NCBI RefSeq assembly: GCF_009914755.1
Contig: NC_060938.1
Source: the human T2T-CHM13v2.0 reference genome, Homo sapiens
Direction: 5' to 3' (one strand)
DNA length: 64,000 bases
Notes under the pieces: generated by a model
What the model saw: only the letters and a program-made list of their open reading frames with translations
What the model was told of the DNA's origin: nothing
Database searches by the model: none
Translations under genes and position numbers: made by a program
In this document: positions 29,280 through 42,949 of the stretch, piece by piece
How the letters are laid out: each line of letters starts with the position of its first letter
Numbering within the stretch: position 1 is the first letter of the stretch

Positions 29280-29380
29280 CTCGGTGCTGATTATCACAAC
29301 TGTTTGGTGACCTACTTCACTGACCTGTGAGGATTCCTTCCCTTCAAGTACTGGATTCTTGATCTTTCTGCATCATCAAG
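29280..29380 (+). other. GSKIP: probable GSKIP non-coding 5' UTR exon (101 nt)
   Basis: Strong acceptor CTTCCTCTTTTTTGCAG| at 29279 in unique sequence with no ATG. The donor AAG|GTCCTA is weak, so the 3' boundary is less certain. Confidence 0.6.
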
Positions 29381-30307
29381 GTCCTAATTGCAATGAATTA
29401 CACTCTTGCTTAAAAAAAAGCTTTATAAATGTAAAACTTTCTCATATAAACATCTTTTTATGTAATGATCATTATTTCTGACATCTCCAATTGAAGTACT
29501 TGATAACTTAAGCAAAATTAAGATGTTTGATATTCATGATGTCAAGAGATTTATAGTAGTCATTTCTAAATCTTCAAAACTATGTAAAAAAGAAAGGGCT
29601 CATTTTGTATGTATAAGACCAAATATAATCTTGAGCAGTATACTGATTATTTTTGGAATAAGGTAAAATTTGGAAAGCCAAATTTTTTTTCCTATATAAT
29701 AAGTCAATTTGAGCTTTCAGTTACCCAACAGATTGCTCCAGCAATAATTGGTAATTTTATAATTAACTTCTGTTGTTTGTAGCGAGTGACTAATTCTGTA
29801 AAGTGCTGTGAGAGACGAGATAAAGAGTCTTTAAAACATTATTAATTGAAATAGGATTGGAGGAATACATTATACATTTGCTATGTAAGTTTTTGAAATA
29901 GCTTTACATATGTTATTATAAATTGCATTCAGCAAGTAGTTCTGACTTTTGTAATGTGCAAATGACATTCAGCTGTAGGAACTCCAGCTTCTTAAGATTT
30001 TTGCTGATAATTTAGAGCAGTGGCTGCACAGCAAAATCACTCAGGAGCTCTGAAAAAAATAACTCGTCTTCCAGAGATTTTGATTTTGTTTTTCTGCAGT
30101 GAGGAAAATGTATCTGTAATTTTATAAGCTCTTACAGGTAATTCTAATGACTAGCTTAAAGGATTTTGAATGTCACTATCTTGAAGGATTTTGAATATTA
30201 CACAAATAGGGCATAACTTGGAAATAGCAATGGACTGTGCAGTGTACCAGATCGGTGTCCATATTGTCAGAAAAAAATTGAGACTCCTTCTAAAAATGCA
30301 TTTAAGA

Positions 30308-30471
30308 GCCAGGTGTGGTGGCTTGAGCCTGTAGTCTCAACTACTCAGGCGGCTGAGGTAGTAGGATGGCTTGAGCTCAGGAGTTCTAGGCTATAGTGCA
30401 CAGTGATCACACCTGTGAATAACCACTGCACGCCAGCCTGGGCAACATGGTGAGACCTTGTCTCTTAAAAT
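30308..30471 (+). mobile_element. FAM (fossil Alu monomer)
   Basis: Diagnostic TAGTGCACAGTGATCACACCTGTGAATAACCACTGCAC segment retained from the 7SL-derived FAM. Confidence 0.8.
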
Positions 30472-31840
30472 ACAATGAGTTTCTTACCAGTCTAATCTAA
30501 CTCCAGTGTGGTGAGGGGGTGGGACTAGACCTTGACCACAGTGCCCAAGTAGATAGGAAATGAATGTTGATTGAATATGTGAGTGAGTGAAGAGTTATGC
30601 TTCATTCACGACAGCAGATGCTTAATCCATATCAGAGAAGTGAAACTTTACTTTTAAAACCTGCCAAGCAAAAAGAAAGCACAATAGCTCACCATAACTT
30701 GTTCTGTAAAGCCTTTTGTACATTCCAAAGCACTTTCACATTAACTTTTCTCATTCATACATTTCAAATTTTAACAATACATATAGCCAGGAAGATCTTT
30801 TTTAACCCCAGTTACAGAAGAAAAGCTAAAACCACATAGCAGCCTGGCAGTAATATTTGATCAAGTTAGCGTGAGAAATTAGAAATAATATTTTTCAAAA
30901 TATAACATTTGGGTCAGTTCAAATTAATGGTGAAAAGATGAGTTATTCAGTAAATGGTATTGGTACAGTTGGCTATCCATTTGGAAAATAAAGTTATGCA
31001 AAATAAATTCCAGATGGATGAGTTAAATTCAGATACAACGAGAATTTAGGGGATTTTTAAAATGTAATCATGGTATGGGGAAGGCCTAGAGCAGAACCCC
31101 AATCCAGAAGTCATAAAAGGAGCTACTGAGACTTACCTACTGTGGTAGGTAAAGACTTGCACTCTGATTTCATGCAATTTAGATTTATTTCCATTTCTGC
31201 TTATTGCAACTGTATGATCTTAGAACTAAAACTATCCTTTAAACATCCAAACAGATGTTTACTCAAGGAAATACATATTACAACAATGAGCTATCATTCT
31301 TTGCCTCTTAAATTGGCAAAAATTTAAAAGAATTGGAAAGAGGTGAAAAAGAGTACAGTCCCTCATATTCTATTGGTAAAGTATAAGTCATACTCTCTTT
31401 TTTTGTTTTTTTGAAGGGTAAATTGACAGTATCTATTAAAAGTTAAAATAAGTATGTCCTTTGACTCAGCAATTTCAGTCCTAAATATCTGTCCTAGAGA
31501 AATAATTATACATTTAAAAATATGTACTAGGATTGTTACTGAGGCATTATTCAAAATAGCTAAAAAACACAATATTCTAAATGCTTATCAATATGGAAAT
31601 TGACCTGTTGGGGGTAAGTGGAGAAGGGAGATTCTTTTTTTTGAAGATCTATGGGTGTCGGTGATTTTGCTGTGAAAAACCACTAGAAATGTTTTTAGAT
31701 AGTATTTTTCCTAACAATTGTTAGCTAGTGTTTTGTACTAAGGAGCAATTGTAAGGCATAGCTAATTTTAATCAAATGTAGTAGTTTGAATGTCTTTCTA
31801 TAAACAAATTTTATAACTGCTTTTTTTTTTTTTTTACAGA

Positions 31841-32098
31841 ATGGAAACAGACTGTAATCCCATGGAGCTAAGCAGTATGTCAGGATTTGAAGAAGGTTCA
31901 GAGCTGAACGGTTTTGAAGGAACTGACATGAAAGACATGAGGCTCGAAGCTGAAGCAGTTGTAAATGATGTTCTCTTTGCTGTTAACAACATGTTTGTCT
32001 CGAAAAGCCTGCGGTGTGCGGATGATGTGGCCTATATCAATGTGGAAACAAAGGAAAGAAACAGATATTGCCTAGAACTCACTGAAGCAGGGCTCAAG
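31841..32098 (+). CDS. GSKIP: GSKIP first coding exon (aa 1-86)
   Basis: Acceptor T15-ACAG|A ATG. Translates [48 protein letters not shown]...ELTEAGLK. Donor AAG|GTAACT, phase 0. Confidence 0.97.
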
Positions 32099-32720
32099 GT
32101 AACTCACTTTTCCTTTTAGAAAAAAAAATTATTTATGTCTTTACCACTTTATCAGAAAGAGGGGTAGTGGGGAGGGGAAGAGTGTTAAAAGAGAACTGGA
32201 TATTCAGTAGCTTCCAAATTTTTTTAAGAAAAACTTTTAACCTAGAAATTTTTATTAATTTTAAAGGCTTTTGATCGATATGGGGAAACAGAATTTTTTT
32301 GAAAAACATTTGATTTGCAGGGCGTGACTTTGTTTTAATCATGACCCCCAAAACTAATTTATTTCTCATCTATAGCTAAATGTGTTCACCAGAATTATAC
32401 ATACATTCTTTGCATTGAATGGGTTTTGCAGTCACTGTGTTGAAAAGATTTTCAACACCTCTTGAAAATGTCGCTTCTGTTAAAATAACATACTTGACAA
32501 CACTGTTTTCCAACTCTGAGATCAGAAATAAATCAGAGCAGAACATTCCACCCCCAGATTTCCAAGAGTGTCCCATTAACCCTTTATTATGAGTATCTCT
32601 TTATTATGAGAGCTTTTCTAGGCGGATTAACCTTTCCATTCTTTAAACCAAAATCATGAGTTTAGAATAGTAGAAAACATCACCTGAGAGCAACTTTTAA
32701 TTAAAAAAGAAAAAACTATA

Positions 32721-33003
32721 GGCCAGACCTGCGGGCTCTTACCTGTAATCCCAGCACTTAGGGAGGCCAAGCTGGTAGGATCATTTTAGAGCAGAAGTTC
32801 AAGACCAGCCTGGGCAGCATAGCAAGACCGTGTTTCTACAATATATTTTTTGTTAATTAACCCAACATGGCAGCACTTGCCTGTAATCCAGCTACCTGGG
32901 AGGCTTAGGAGGGGGCCTATGAGTTCGAGGTTGCAGTGAGCTAGGATTGGGCCACTATACTCCAGCCTGGGTACACAGACCCTGTTTAAAAAAAAAAAAA
33001 AAA
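32721..33003 (+). mobile_element. AluJ
   Basis: Diverged dimer with TSD AAAAAACTAT. Confidence 0.83.
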
Positions 33004-34217
33004 CTATTATAAAATCTTTGACCTACTGAACAAAGGGATAGACATTAGAAAATCTAAAATCTAGTTTTAACCTTACTAATCAGTGAATCTTCAGTCTTAG
33101 AAAATGTCATACATTTCTGTGTTTCTATATTTATTCAAAGTAATTGTACATTATCATAAGGTGGTGAGCAAGGCCTGCCTAAGCAAGTAAGAATGTCACA
33201 TGATATCAAGTACATAAACATCTCTTTAATTCGCTGGATTCACTTTGCTGAAGATGAGTCGTGTATACTGTATATTCCTTGATGGAGCAAATTGCAAGGC
33301 CAGCATCTGTACTACCCCCAGTTCCCTCACAGCTGCTGCAAAGATAGCTGCTTAGCTTTAAGCATAGTACCTGAATTAACTAATTTTTGTGCACTTCTTT
33401 TCACATCCTTAAATTTGTACTAAAAGCTCAGAGTATTTAGAGGTGAATCTTAAATCAGAAGTAGAGATAAATGACAGAATTAGTAAGATAATTCTGTCTT
33501 GTGTTGGTTAATTCTAAGTTGACTGTGGAGAGGTAGAAGGAGTTCTGATCAGAGAGTCAGCAGTCTTAAATGTGAATTTAAGTGATCTTGAGTGAGTCCG
33601 TCTACCCCTGAGAGAGTTTCTGCTTCTTAATCTATAACTTGGAGATTTAAAAAAAACTTAAAACGATTTGGGGAATGATTATATGACTGTATGATACAGA
33701 AAGATCTGAACCATATGTAAAACCTGACATGTAGTAGGTGCTCAAATATTTGCTTGTTTTTCAGTCTGATTCAGTTAACATTTATTGAGCAACTATCCTG
33801 TGTCAGCAATTGAAAATCAAACCATGCATAAGACATGATCCCTGTCCACCAGGAAGATCACAGTCTAGCAGAGATAAGAGGAAGAAGGCAAACTGAACTG
33901 TACTCCACTGTAGAGAGTGCAGTAATAGAGCATGGATCTGAAGAGGTGTGATTCATTTTCCTTAGGTGTCTGCCTCTGCTTTTCATTTAAAAAAAAAAAA
34001 ACTCAGCTTCTATTTCTAACACAAACTTTCACCTCCTATGGCTTAAATAGATGTCATAAAAATTTAGGATTTATATAGGGAATGTACACACTTAAGTCAG
34101 CAAAAACTAAATTAATTTTGCCCTATATTGTGCTGGTGAACCATGATATACCTTATAATCTTGTCAAAAAGAAAAGTTGTAGCTGTGTTCACAGGAAAAA
34201 AAAAAAAAGAAAAACAC

Positions 34218-34406
34218 ATGGCCTGTCAGCCTTTTGCCTAAGATCAATTGGAGTATCTTTTCTTATCAGTTTAATATCTGTTATGTCCTCTATCTAAGGA
34301 CAATATATTAAATGGATTTTTGGAGCAGGGAGATAGAATAGGCTCTTGCTCCATTAACTTCACACATTGACCTGGTATTGCAAATACCTCCAGAAATAGT
34401 GTACCC
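34218..34406 (+). pseudogene. full-length U2 snRNA retropseudogene in GSKIP last intron
   Basis: Aligns end to end with U2 (CTTTTGCCTAAGATCAA...CTTATCAGTTTAATATCTG...AATGGATTTTTGGAGCAGGGAGAT...GACCTGGTATTGCA). A-tail and AAAAACACAT direct repeats are present. The branch-recognition GTAGTA is mutated to GGAGTA. Confidence 0.95.
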
Positions 34407-34519
34407 CTACCAAGAAAAAAAAAACACATTAACATGCTCTTTTATCTCACAGAATTGAGCATTTATTCCCTGTCAGGTAAGAAATATATTAGGTGAAAGT
34501 GGCCTTTCAGATTACTAAT

Positions 34520-34625
34520 AATAAAGCTAAACAGTTATTAAAACTAATAAACTATTAAACCAATTATTAATAAACAGTTATTAAAATTAACAACTAATTA
34601 TTAAAACTAAATTATTAGGAATAAT
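34520..34625. repeat. AT-rich degenerate repeat (TTATTAAAACTAA-like)
   Basis: Repeated TAAACAGTTATTAAAA and related units. Confidence 0.6.
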
Positions 34626-34982
34626 TTTTAGAATTGTTTATAAAAGAAGTGAAAAATAATGAAAAAAATATGAACTAATGATATATTACCTATTATAGTA
34701 CTTAATATAGTGGACCCTCAATATATGTGGAATTAAATGGGGTAAATAATAGATGCATGTTTTAGAATATGAAAATGAAATACCATTTTTGTGTAGCTTT
34801 TCAAATTCTTTCTCTGCATTTCCTTGAGCTTCTAAGTAAAACCTTTTAAATGTTGAAAATTCTATAGGGAGCATTTTAGTGGTGTTTCTGTGTTATACAT
34901 TATAAGTTGCTGAAGTATTAAAGGTTGTATTTAAAATGTGTATACTCTGACTTTGAGAAATAGTTTCACTCAGTTACCCATG

Positions 34983-35006
34983 TATCTGGTGGTCTAGTGG
35001 CTAGGA
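34983..35006 (+). pseudogene. tRNA-Glu 5' fragment retrocopy
   Basis: CTGGTGGTCTAGTGGCTAGGA (34986-35006) matches nt 4-24 of tRNA-Glu(TTC) and is followed by an A-rich tract. Confidence 0.75.
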
Positions 35007-35116
35007 AAAGAAATAATTTATTTTTTTGAAAGGATGATTACTCACATAAACACTTGGATTTTGCTTTCTGTACCAACATGAAAACTAATGAATTCACTGT
35101 TGCATTTCTCTTGTAG

Positions 35117-35278
35117 GTGGTAGGCTATGCTTTTGACCAGGTAGATGATCATTTACAGACTCCCTACCATGAAACAGTCTACTCCTTGTTGGATACACTC
35201 AGCCCCGCCTACCGAGAAGCATTTGGAAACGCACTGCTTCAAAGACTGGAAGCTTTGAAAAGAGATGGACAGTCATGA
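35117..35278 (+). CDS. GSKIP: GSKIP last coding exon (aa 87-139, GSK3beta-binding helix)
   Basis: Acceptor TTTCTCTTGTAG|. Translates [53 protein letters not shown]-stop. 86+53=139 aa matches GSKIP. Absent from the ORF track. Confidence 0.97.
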   Translation: MVGYAFDQVDDHLQTPYHETVYSLLDTLSPAYREAFGNALLQRLEALKRDGQS

Positions 35279-36885
35279 CTACACTTTTTCCTTTCAGAGG
35301 GGCTGGTGCTGGTACAGAATGTTGATACAAAGCTTAAAATTCTTGCATATGGTCATAGAAAATGCATCTTTGGTTTTGTGTTTTTATCACTTGCTTCCAA
35401 CTTAGGCTTTTGGCTCAGAAGATTATTGAATAATGATTTGTCTTAGTTTCTGTTTCAGTAAGGGAATTCTGAGGCCGTTGCTATGATACCATCATTAAGA
35501 CATTCACATGTCTTCATATAATATCTCTTCATTTCAAATCCTAATCACTATTTCATACTATTACAGGGCTTTGATGCTGCCAGCACTGTCTTTTACATAG
35601 GAAATTCTAGATTTGCACAGTAATAGAGGAATTAGAAGTACCTAACTATACACTTTGATTCAGCCTGCTAAATCAGGGGTTCAATACTAGCTTGGACAAA
35701 CTTTGTAGTAATTAATTGCTACCAGCCTTATTGGAAACAAATTATCAACTAGTTTCCCCTGCACAAATTTTGAAATTCACTGCTTCACTTAATCTATTTA
35801 TATTACTAATAATGGATTAATAAAGATGAATTAATTATATATTACTTAACTAGTATTAAATGAAAAACAGGGACTGAAATAGTTCTGTATTCCGTGTTTG
35901 CAACAGCCAGCCAACTAAGCAGAGGATAAACCGTTAGCAAATGAATGTAATAATTACTCATTTCCAAGATATCTAAGCACATAAGCAAATACAGGAACAG
36001 ACTTCATTCTTTTTCTTAACAAAAAAGCATCTTCAGTGTGTGATTTAAAAGAAAGAAGATTCTGGTTTCCTAGAAAACAATATTTTGGCCTGTGTTGATT
36101 CTTATTCTGAATGTGTGTTTACATAATGTACAGTATATATTCAGAAAGTATTTTTGCTTCAACGTTTACTTTCTATGATGTAGTGCTTTGGTATTCCTAC
36201 AGCACCCCACCTTCCCCAACAGATGTACAGTGTTCTGTCTCCATTCGAAATCTACAATGTAATATGAGTGCATTGTATGGGTTTGAAACCAAAGGATGAA
36301 TGAAGCATTCAGAGACTTAATATTTGAAAAAGGAATAGTCAGTATTTTATATTTTATTACAGGTACTGATATTTATAAATTTAATAAACTGTACCATGCT
36401 GCTGCATGTTTTCAAGTACATGTTGAACAGTAAGGATTGGGGAGTTGTTTTTTAATGGTCACCTAAAGCAGCTGCTATAGAAATGTTGAACTAAAATTTT
36501 GCATCTGGTCATACCTTCATGCATTTATCATTTGCAGATATTTTTCCATCATTATTAAAAAACAGGAACTTTTAGGCTCTGAAGATCATGTGGACCAGAG
36601 CAAATTAAAGTTCAGTTTGTGTCACAATTCATTGCCAGACTTCATTGGAATGCTTTGTTTGATGATGTATGTTCATTCTCAGCTTTATTTTCAGATGCTT
36701 AACTGGGCAATGAAGTCTAACTTCAGGTTGAACTTTCTCATGTTTAATCTCAGGCTAAATGTAAATGATATTTGTAAAGTTTGAATAAAATTCTGTTTAC
36801 TCATTTTGAGTTAGTATGAAAAAAAGTGATTGTATGTTTAAGAATTGAAATTGTTCATTTTGTGATAAATGATTAATTCCAAGAG
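35279..36885 (+). other. GSKIP: GSKIP 3' UTR with several poly(A) signals
   Basis: About 1.6 kb AT-rich sequence with no recognised repeats. AATAAA at 35819, 36383 and 36784. The exact end is uncertain. Confidence 0.75.
36784..36789 (+). terminator. distal AATAAA poly(A) signal of GSKIP
   Basis: AATAAA with upstream UGUA motifs (TGTAAATG, TGTAAAG) and downstream T/GT-rich sequence. Confidence 0.6.
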
Positions 36886-37084
36886 CTTGTTTCCATTTTT
36901 TAATTCTGCATTGTTACATTTGGATTTGAAATGACTGAAGTGAGCTTTCTCTTGTTACTACTATGAAAGAGCAATGAGGAACAAGAGGAGAGGACATTAA
37001 TAAAACTACACAGATATACATGAGAATCTAGATATTAAAACCTCCATTTTACCTGGTCTGTTTAAAGAACTTAACCAGCAGATA

Positions 37085-37379
37085 GGCCAGGTGTCGTGGC
37101 TCACACTTGCAATTCCAGTGGTTTGGGAGGCCCAGGCAGGAGGATCACTTGAGGCCAGGAGTGCAAGACAGCCTGTGCAACATAGATCCCATTTCTACAA
37201 AAAATTATAAAAGCATGGCCTGGTGACACATGCCTGCAGTCCTAGCTATTAGGAAAGCTGAAGCATGAAGATTGCTTGAGCCCAGGAATTGGAGACTGCA
37301 GTGAGCTACAATCGTGCTGCTGCGCTCCAGCCTGGATGACAGAACAAGACCCTGTCTCTTAAAAAAAAAAAAAAAAAAA
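37085..37379 (+). mobile_element. AluJ
   Basis: TSD ACTTAACCAG. Confidence 0.85.
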
Positions 37380-38703
37380 TGAAAATTATAAAACTTAACC
37401 AGATAAATTAAGCCTTGATTTCACTTCTAAAGGAAAAAGAAAAAAAAAACTTTTATATAAATAACTTTTACAAATCAGTAGGAAGAAAAAATGCAAACAG
37501 TGGGCAAATAATATGGTCAACTCAGAAAAAAAAATAGATGTCAGTAACTACTTGAAAGAGGCCCAACCCAACCATTAACTCAAGAAAGAGAAATTTTAAG
37601 TTATTGGGTCATTTCACCTGCTACTTTTGTGATTCTTCTTATTTAAACTTAATACCAGTAAGGATTTAATGAGGAAGCACTCTTACATTCTATTGGAGGG
37701 TATATTGTTGAAATCTTTCTGGAAACATTGGTAATAAATCCTTTACAAGTTTATAACTTCTGAATTGGTAATATACTAGCAACCTAGCATAGGGAAATGA
37801 TTCAGCAAAAAAACTAGTATATAAGGATGTTCATTTCCCCTAATGAAAAATTGGGAAGGCTCTAAAGAGTGGTAAAGTGATGCTACATCTTTTGATGGAA
37901 AAATATGCAACCACTAAAAATCATGAAAAAATGGCAATGAGAATTATGCTACACAAAAAAGGATATAAAACTATACATACTTTTTTGAAAAATAATTGTA
38001 TATGTAACAAAAAAAGATTATAGGCTGTTAGTAGTCATCACTAGGTGATAAAATAGATAATTTTCATTTCCTTAATACTTTTTCACATTTTATACATTAG
38101 CTTGTATGTACTAATTAGAAGCAGGAAATGCAATAGATGTGGGGTTTAAGCTACCTAGAGGCTGTCTAGCAAAAGCACCAATCCTTGCTGAGTTGTATCT
38201 GCTCCCAGATCCTTGAAGAGGGCAGAATGATTATGAAGAGAAGAGTGCACACCTCATTTCCCATGATGACACTCTTCCCACCTTTCCTCCAGGTTCGGCT
38301 GCTACTAATGTACTTACAATCATTAGCTTCTTCTATTGCACACTGTGCTGTTCTCTCCCCGGTGTTCAAAAACATAGAATGTGCTGTTTGAATGTTGAGG
38401 AACATAGTAAGAAAACACTGAGATTCTGATAGGTGCCACATTGACTTCAGAACTTTCTTTCCAATCCCTTTATTTTCTGGATGATACAGGTGAGATAGAC
38501 AGATTGAGCGACTTGCTCAGCAACTGCTTGTGAGCAGTGTAGTTGGATCAGAACCTAGGTCTTCTGACTCCGCCAGCTGTCCCCATACAGTACGTGTTAA
38601 TAAAAACCATCACATTAATTTTGTGTTTATACGAAAACTGATTTTAAAAGAGGGAAAGAATAACAAACATGTTAGTTGGTATACTAGAATTAGTAGAATC
38701 TCT

Positions 38704-40551
<1,848 letters not shown>

Positions 40552-40979
40552 GAACGAGAAGAAACCACGCACACACAATTGCTGCAAGTGTTAAATATTT
40601 GCATTTAAGGAGTTAATGCTTAAGGCATGAAAACAGTTCAATATGATCAGGCTATTCCAAGGGAACTGCGTATTCTTAGTCCACCACAACCTTTATGGTC
40701 CAGTGATCACCGAGGTGAATGTTATCTTTTAATTTGTGGATTTATCTCAGCAACTGCATGTATAATCTCTTGTGGAACGGTCAAGTCTAAATTTCTTCCC
40801 TTGGTGAATGTGAGCGAATCCCGGGCGCCTACGGGCTCTGGTCGCCCCCAGCCGACACCAGGGGTCTTCCCGGAACGTGCGTCTGGAAACAACCCCCAAG
40901 GGAGCTGAGCCGGCGGACCAAGCCGCACCTGCCGCAAGGCGGGACCACGCTAGCGTCGCTCGGGTGTTCGGGAGCCCGA

Positions 40980-40993
40980 AACTCCATGGCAAC
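40980..40993 (+). promoter_or_regulatory. second RFX X-box-like motif upstream of AK7
   Basis: AACTCCATGGCAAC has a perfect right half (CCATGGCAAC). Confidence 0.5.
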
Positions 40994-41409
40994 AGCTTTT
41001 CTTCGCAGCTGAGGCTTACGTCCCGTCGCCCCGGCCAGACCACCCCATGGGAGCGTGCTGAGTAACTCCCACGTGTCGGGGAGAGGCCTAGGCTGTGGGC
41101 CATTCCCTCTTCTTCAGAATTCTCATTATTTTTAGTCATCGGGTCAAGCGGACACAGGGATGTGTTTCCAGACTTTCCGAACAATGGAGATTAAAAAGGC
41201 ACAGCAATCACATGGCCCCCCGGGACAGACGCCCAGGGAGCTTCGGAAAGAAACCATGCACTGCCCAAGGGCTCCCAGTGGGCAGCAAGCCAGGGTGAGA
41301 CCCGGGCTGCACGCGCGGCGCCGCGGAAAGCACTCGCAGGGACATCCGCCTGGCGCCCAGCAGCCGACAGCGCGCGCAGTTGCGAGCCCTGAGCCCCGCT
41401 TCGCCCGGC

Positions 41410-41700
41410 GCGCCCCGCCCAGCCCACTGCACTACACACCCCGCCCTGCCCGGCATGCCCCGCCCAACCCCCCGGCACGACTCGCCCCGCCCTACCCGGC
41501 ACGCCCCGCCCAGCGACCGGCACAGCCTGCCCCGTCCCGCCTGGCACGCCCTGATTAGCGCCGGGCACGACACGCACCGCCCCGCCCGGCACTCCCTGCT
41601 TCGCCCACGACACGCCCCTCCCCGCCCGGCAAACTGCCCGGAGCCAAGGCCCCGCCCCCAGAGAGAACCTGCCCCGCCTCCCTGGCCCGGGCCCCGCCTC
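41410..41700. repeat. degenerate GC-rich tandem repeat (~21-23 bp period, CCGGCAC core)
   Basis: About 8 CCGGCA(C/T/A)-like cores interleaved with CCCCGCCC-type motifs. Confidence 0.7.
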
Positions 41701-41720
41701 CTTGGCAAGCGAGTGGCGCT

Positions 41721-41734
41721 TTCACCTTAGCAAC
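41721..41734 (+). promoter_or_regulatory. RFX X-box at AK7 start
   Basis: TTCACCTTAGCAAC resembles the X-box consensus GTNRCCNTRGYAAC and sits 16 bp upstream of the ATG of a motile-cilia gene. Confidence 0.65.
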
Positions 41735-41750
41735 CAGCGCGGCTCCCACC

Positions 41751-41855
41751 ATGGCTGAAGAAGAGGAAACTGCTGCTCTCACGGAGAAGGTTATCCGGAC
41801 CCAGAGGGTGTTTATAAACCTGTTGGATTCCTACAGCAGCGGAAACATCGGGAAG
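41751..41855 (+). CDS. AK7: AK7 exon 1 (aa 1-35)
   Basis: Kozak CCCACCATGG. Translates [35 protein letters not shown]. Donor AAG|GTGAGC. Confidence 0.96.
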
Positions 41856-42235
41856 GTGAGCGGCGGCGGCGGCCCAGAGCCTCACGCCAGCTCTCAGCTC
41901 CCAGCCCTCGGCCCCCGGTCCGCAAACCCAGCGAGGGTCTGCGCCCCAGGGCGCTGTCGGGGCCTTTCCTCAGGGAGGGTCCCGCGTCCTGGGCACCACC
42001 AATGCCCCCTGGACCCCAGTCCGCACCCAGGCTGGACAAGAGATTCTACATGGAAGCTCAGGTGTCTGGAAATCACTGGTCCATCCCCTGTTCCTCCTTT
42101 TAATGAGGGGAAACTGAGGCTAAGAGGCAGGGACTTGCCCAAGATCACATAGAGAGTTGAGGCCAGAACCTGGACAGAGACTCCAGGTCTCTTGCCCCCT
42201 CCTAGGTTCTCTTTCTACCCTTCCATCGATTTTGA

Positions 42236-42563
<328 letters not shown>

Positions 42564-42949
42564 TAAATCAAATTTTTATATTGCCCATGAAGCGTTTTTC
42601 ATTCATCCATCCCTTCAATATATGGTTTTTGAGCATCTATTATGGACCAGACACTGTTTGGGTCCCCGAGTTCCATTAAGTTTCCTCACCTTTCTGTGTC
42701 TTTATCCCTGGAAAATGAAGATATTCAGAAAAAGGGCTCTGGGGCCCTTCATGCTAATATGATCAGTTGTCAAAAGAAAGCCATGATTTTATCATTCCCT
42801 GTGGGTAGGACCCGTCCATCTGAATTCTGTCCTCTAGAGCTACAGAGAAATCTAATCTCACCCTGGACAGACTTCTCTGAGGCTAATGACTGCACTTTCG
42901 AACAGGACAAATCTGCTTAAAATAGGATGAGGCTACAGTACGTACAATC

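Larger units (their letters stand above)
40820..42030. promoter_or_regulatory. AK7 CpG-island promoter
   Basis: CpG-dense region surrounding AK7 exon 1, with many CCCCGCCC boxes. Confidence 0.9.

Noticed and set aside
35117-35123. Second AG 7 nt downstream of the GSKIP last-exon acceptor (TAG|GTGGTAG)
   Set aside because: Using it would frameshift; the first AG gives the expected 139-aa protein.
41160-41782. Several overlapping 75-166 aa ORFs at the AK7 promoter
   Set aside because: Artefacts of the GC-rich repeat array.
41856-42152. ORF-track extensions of AK7, GSKIP and ATG2B exons past their donors
   Set aside because: These are intron read-through; canonical GT donors and frame-consistent next exons define the real ends.
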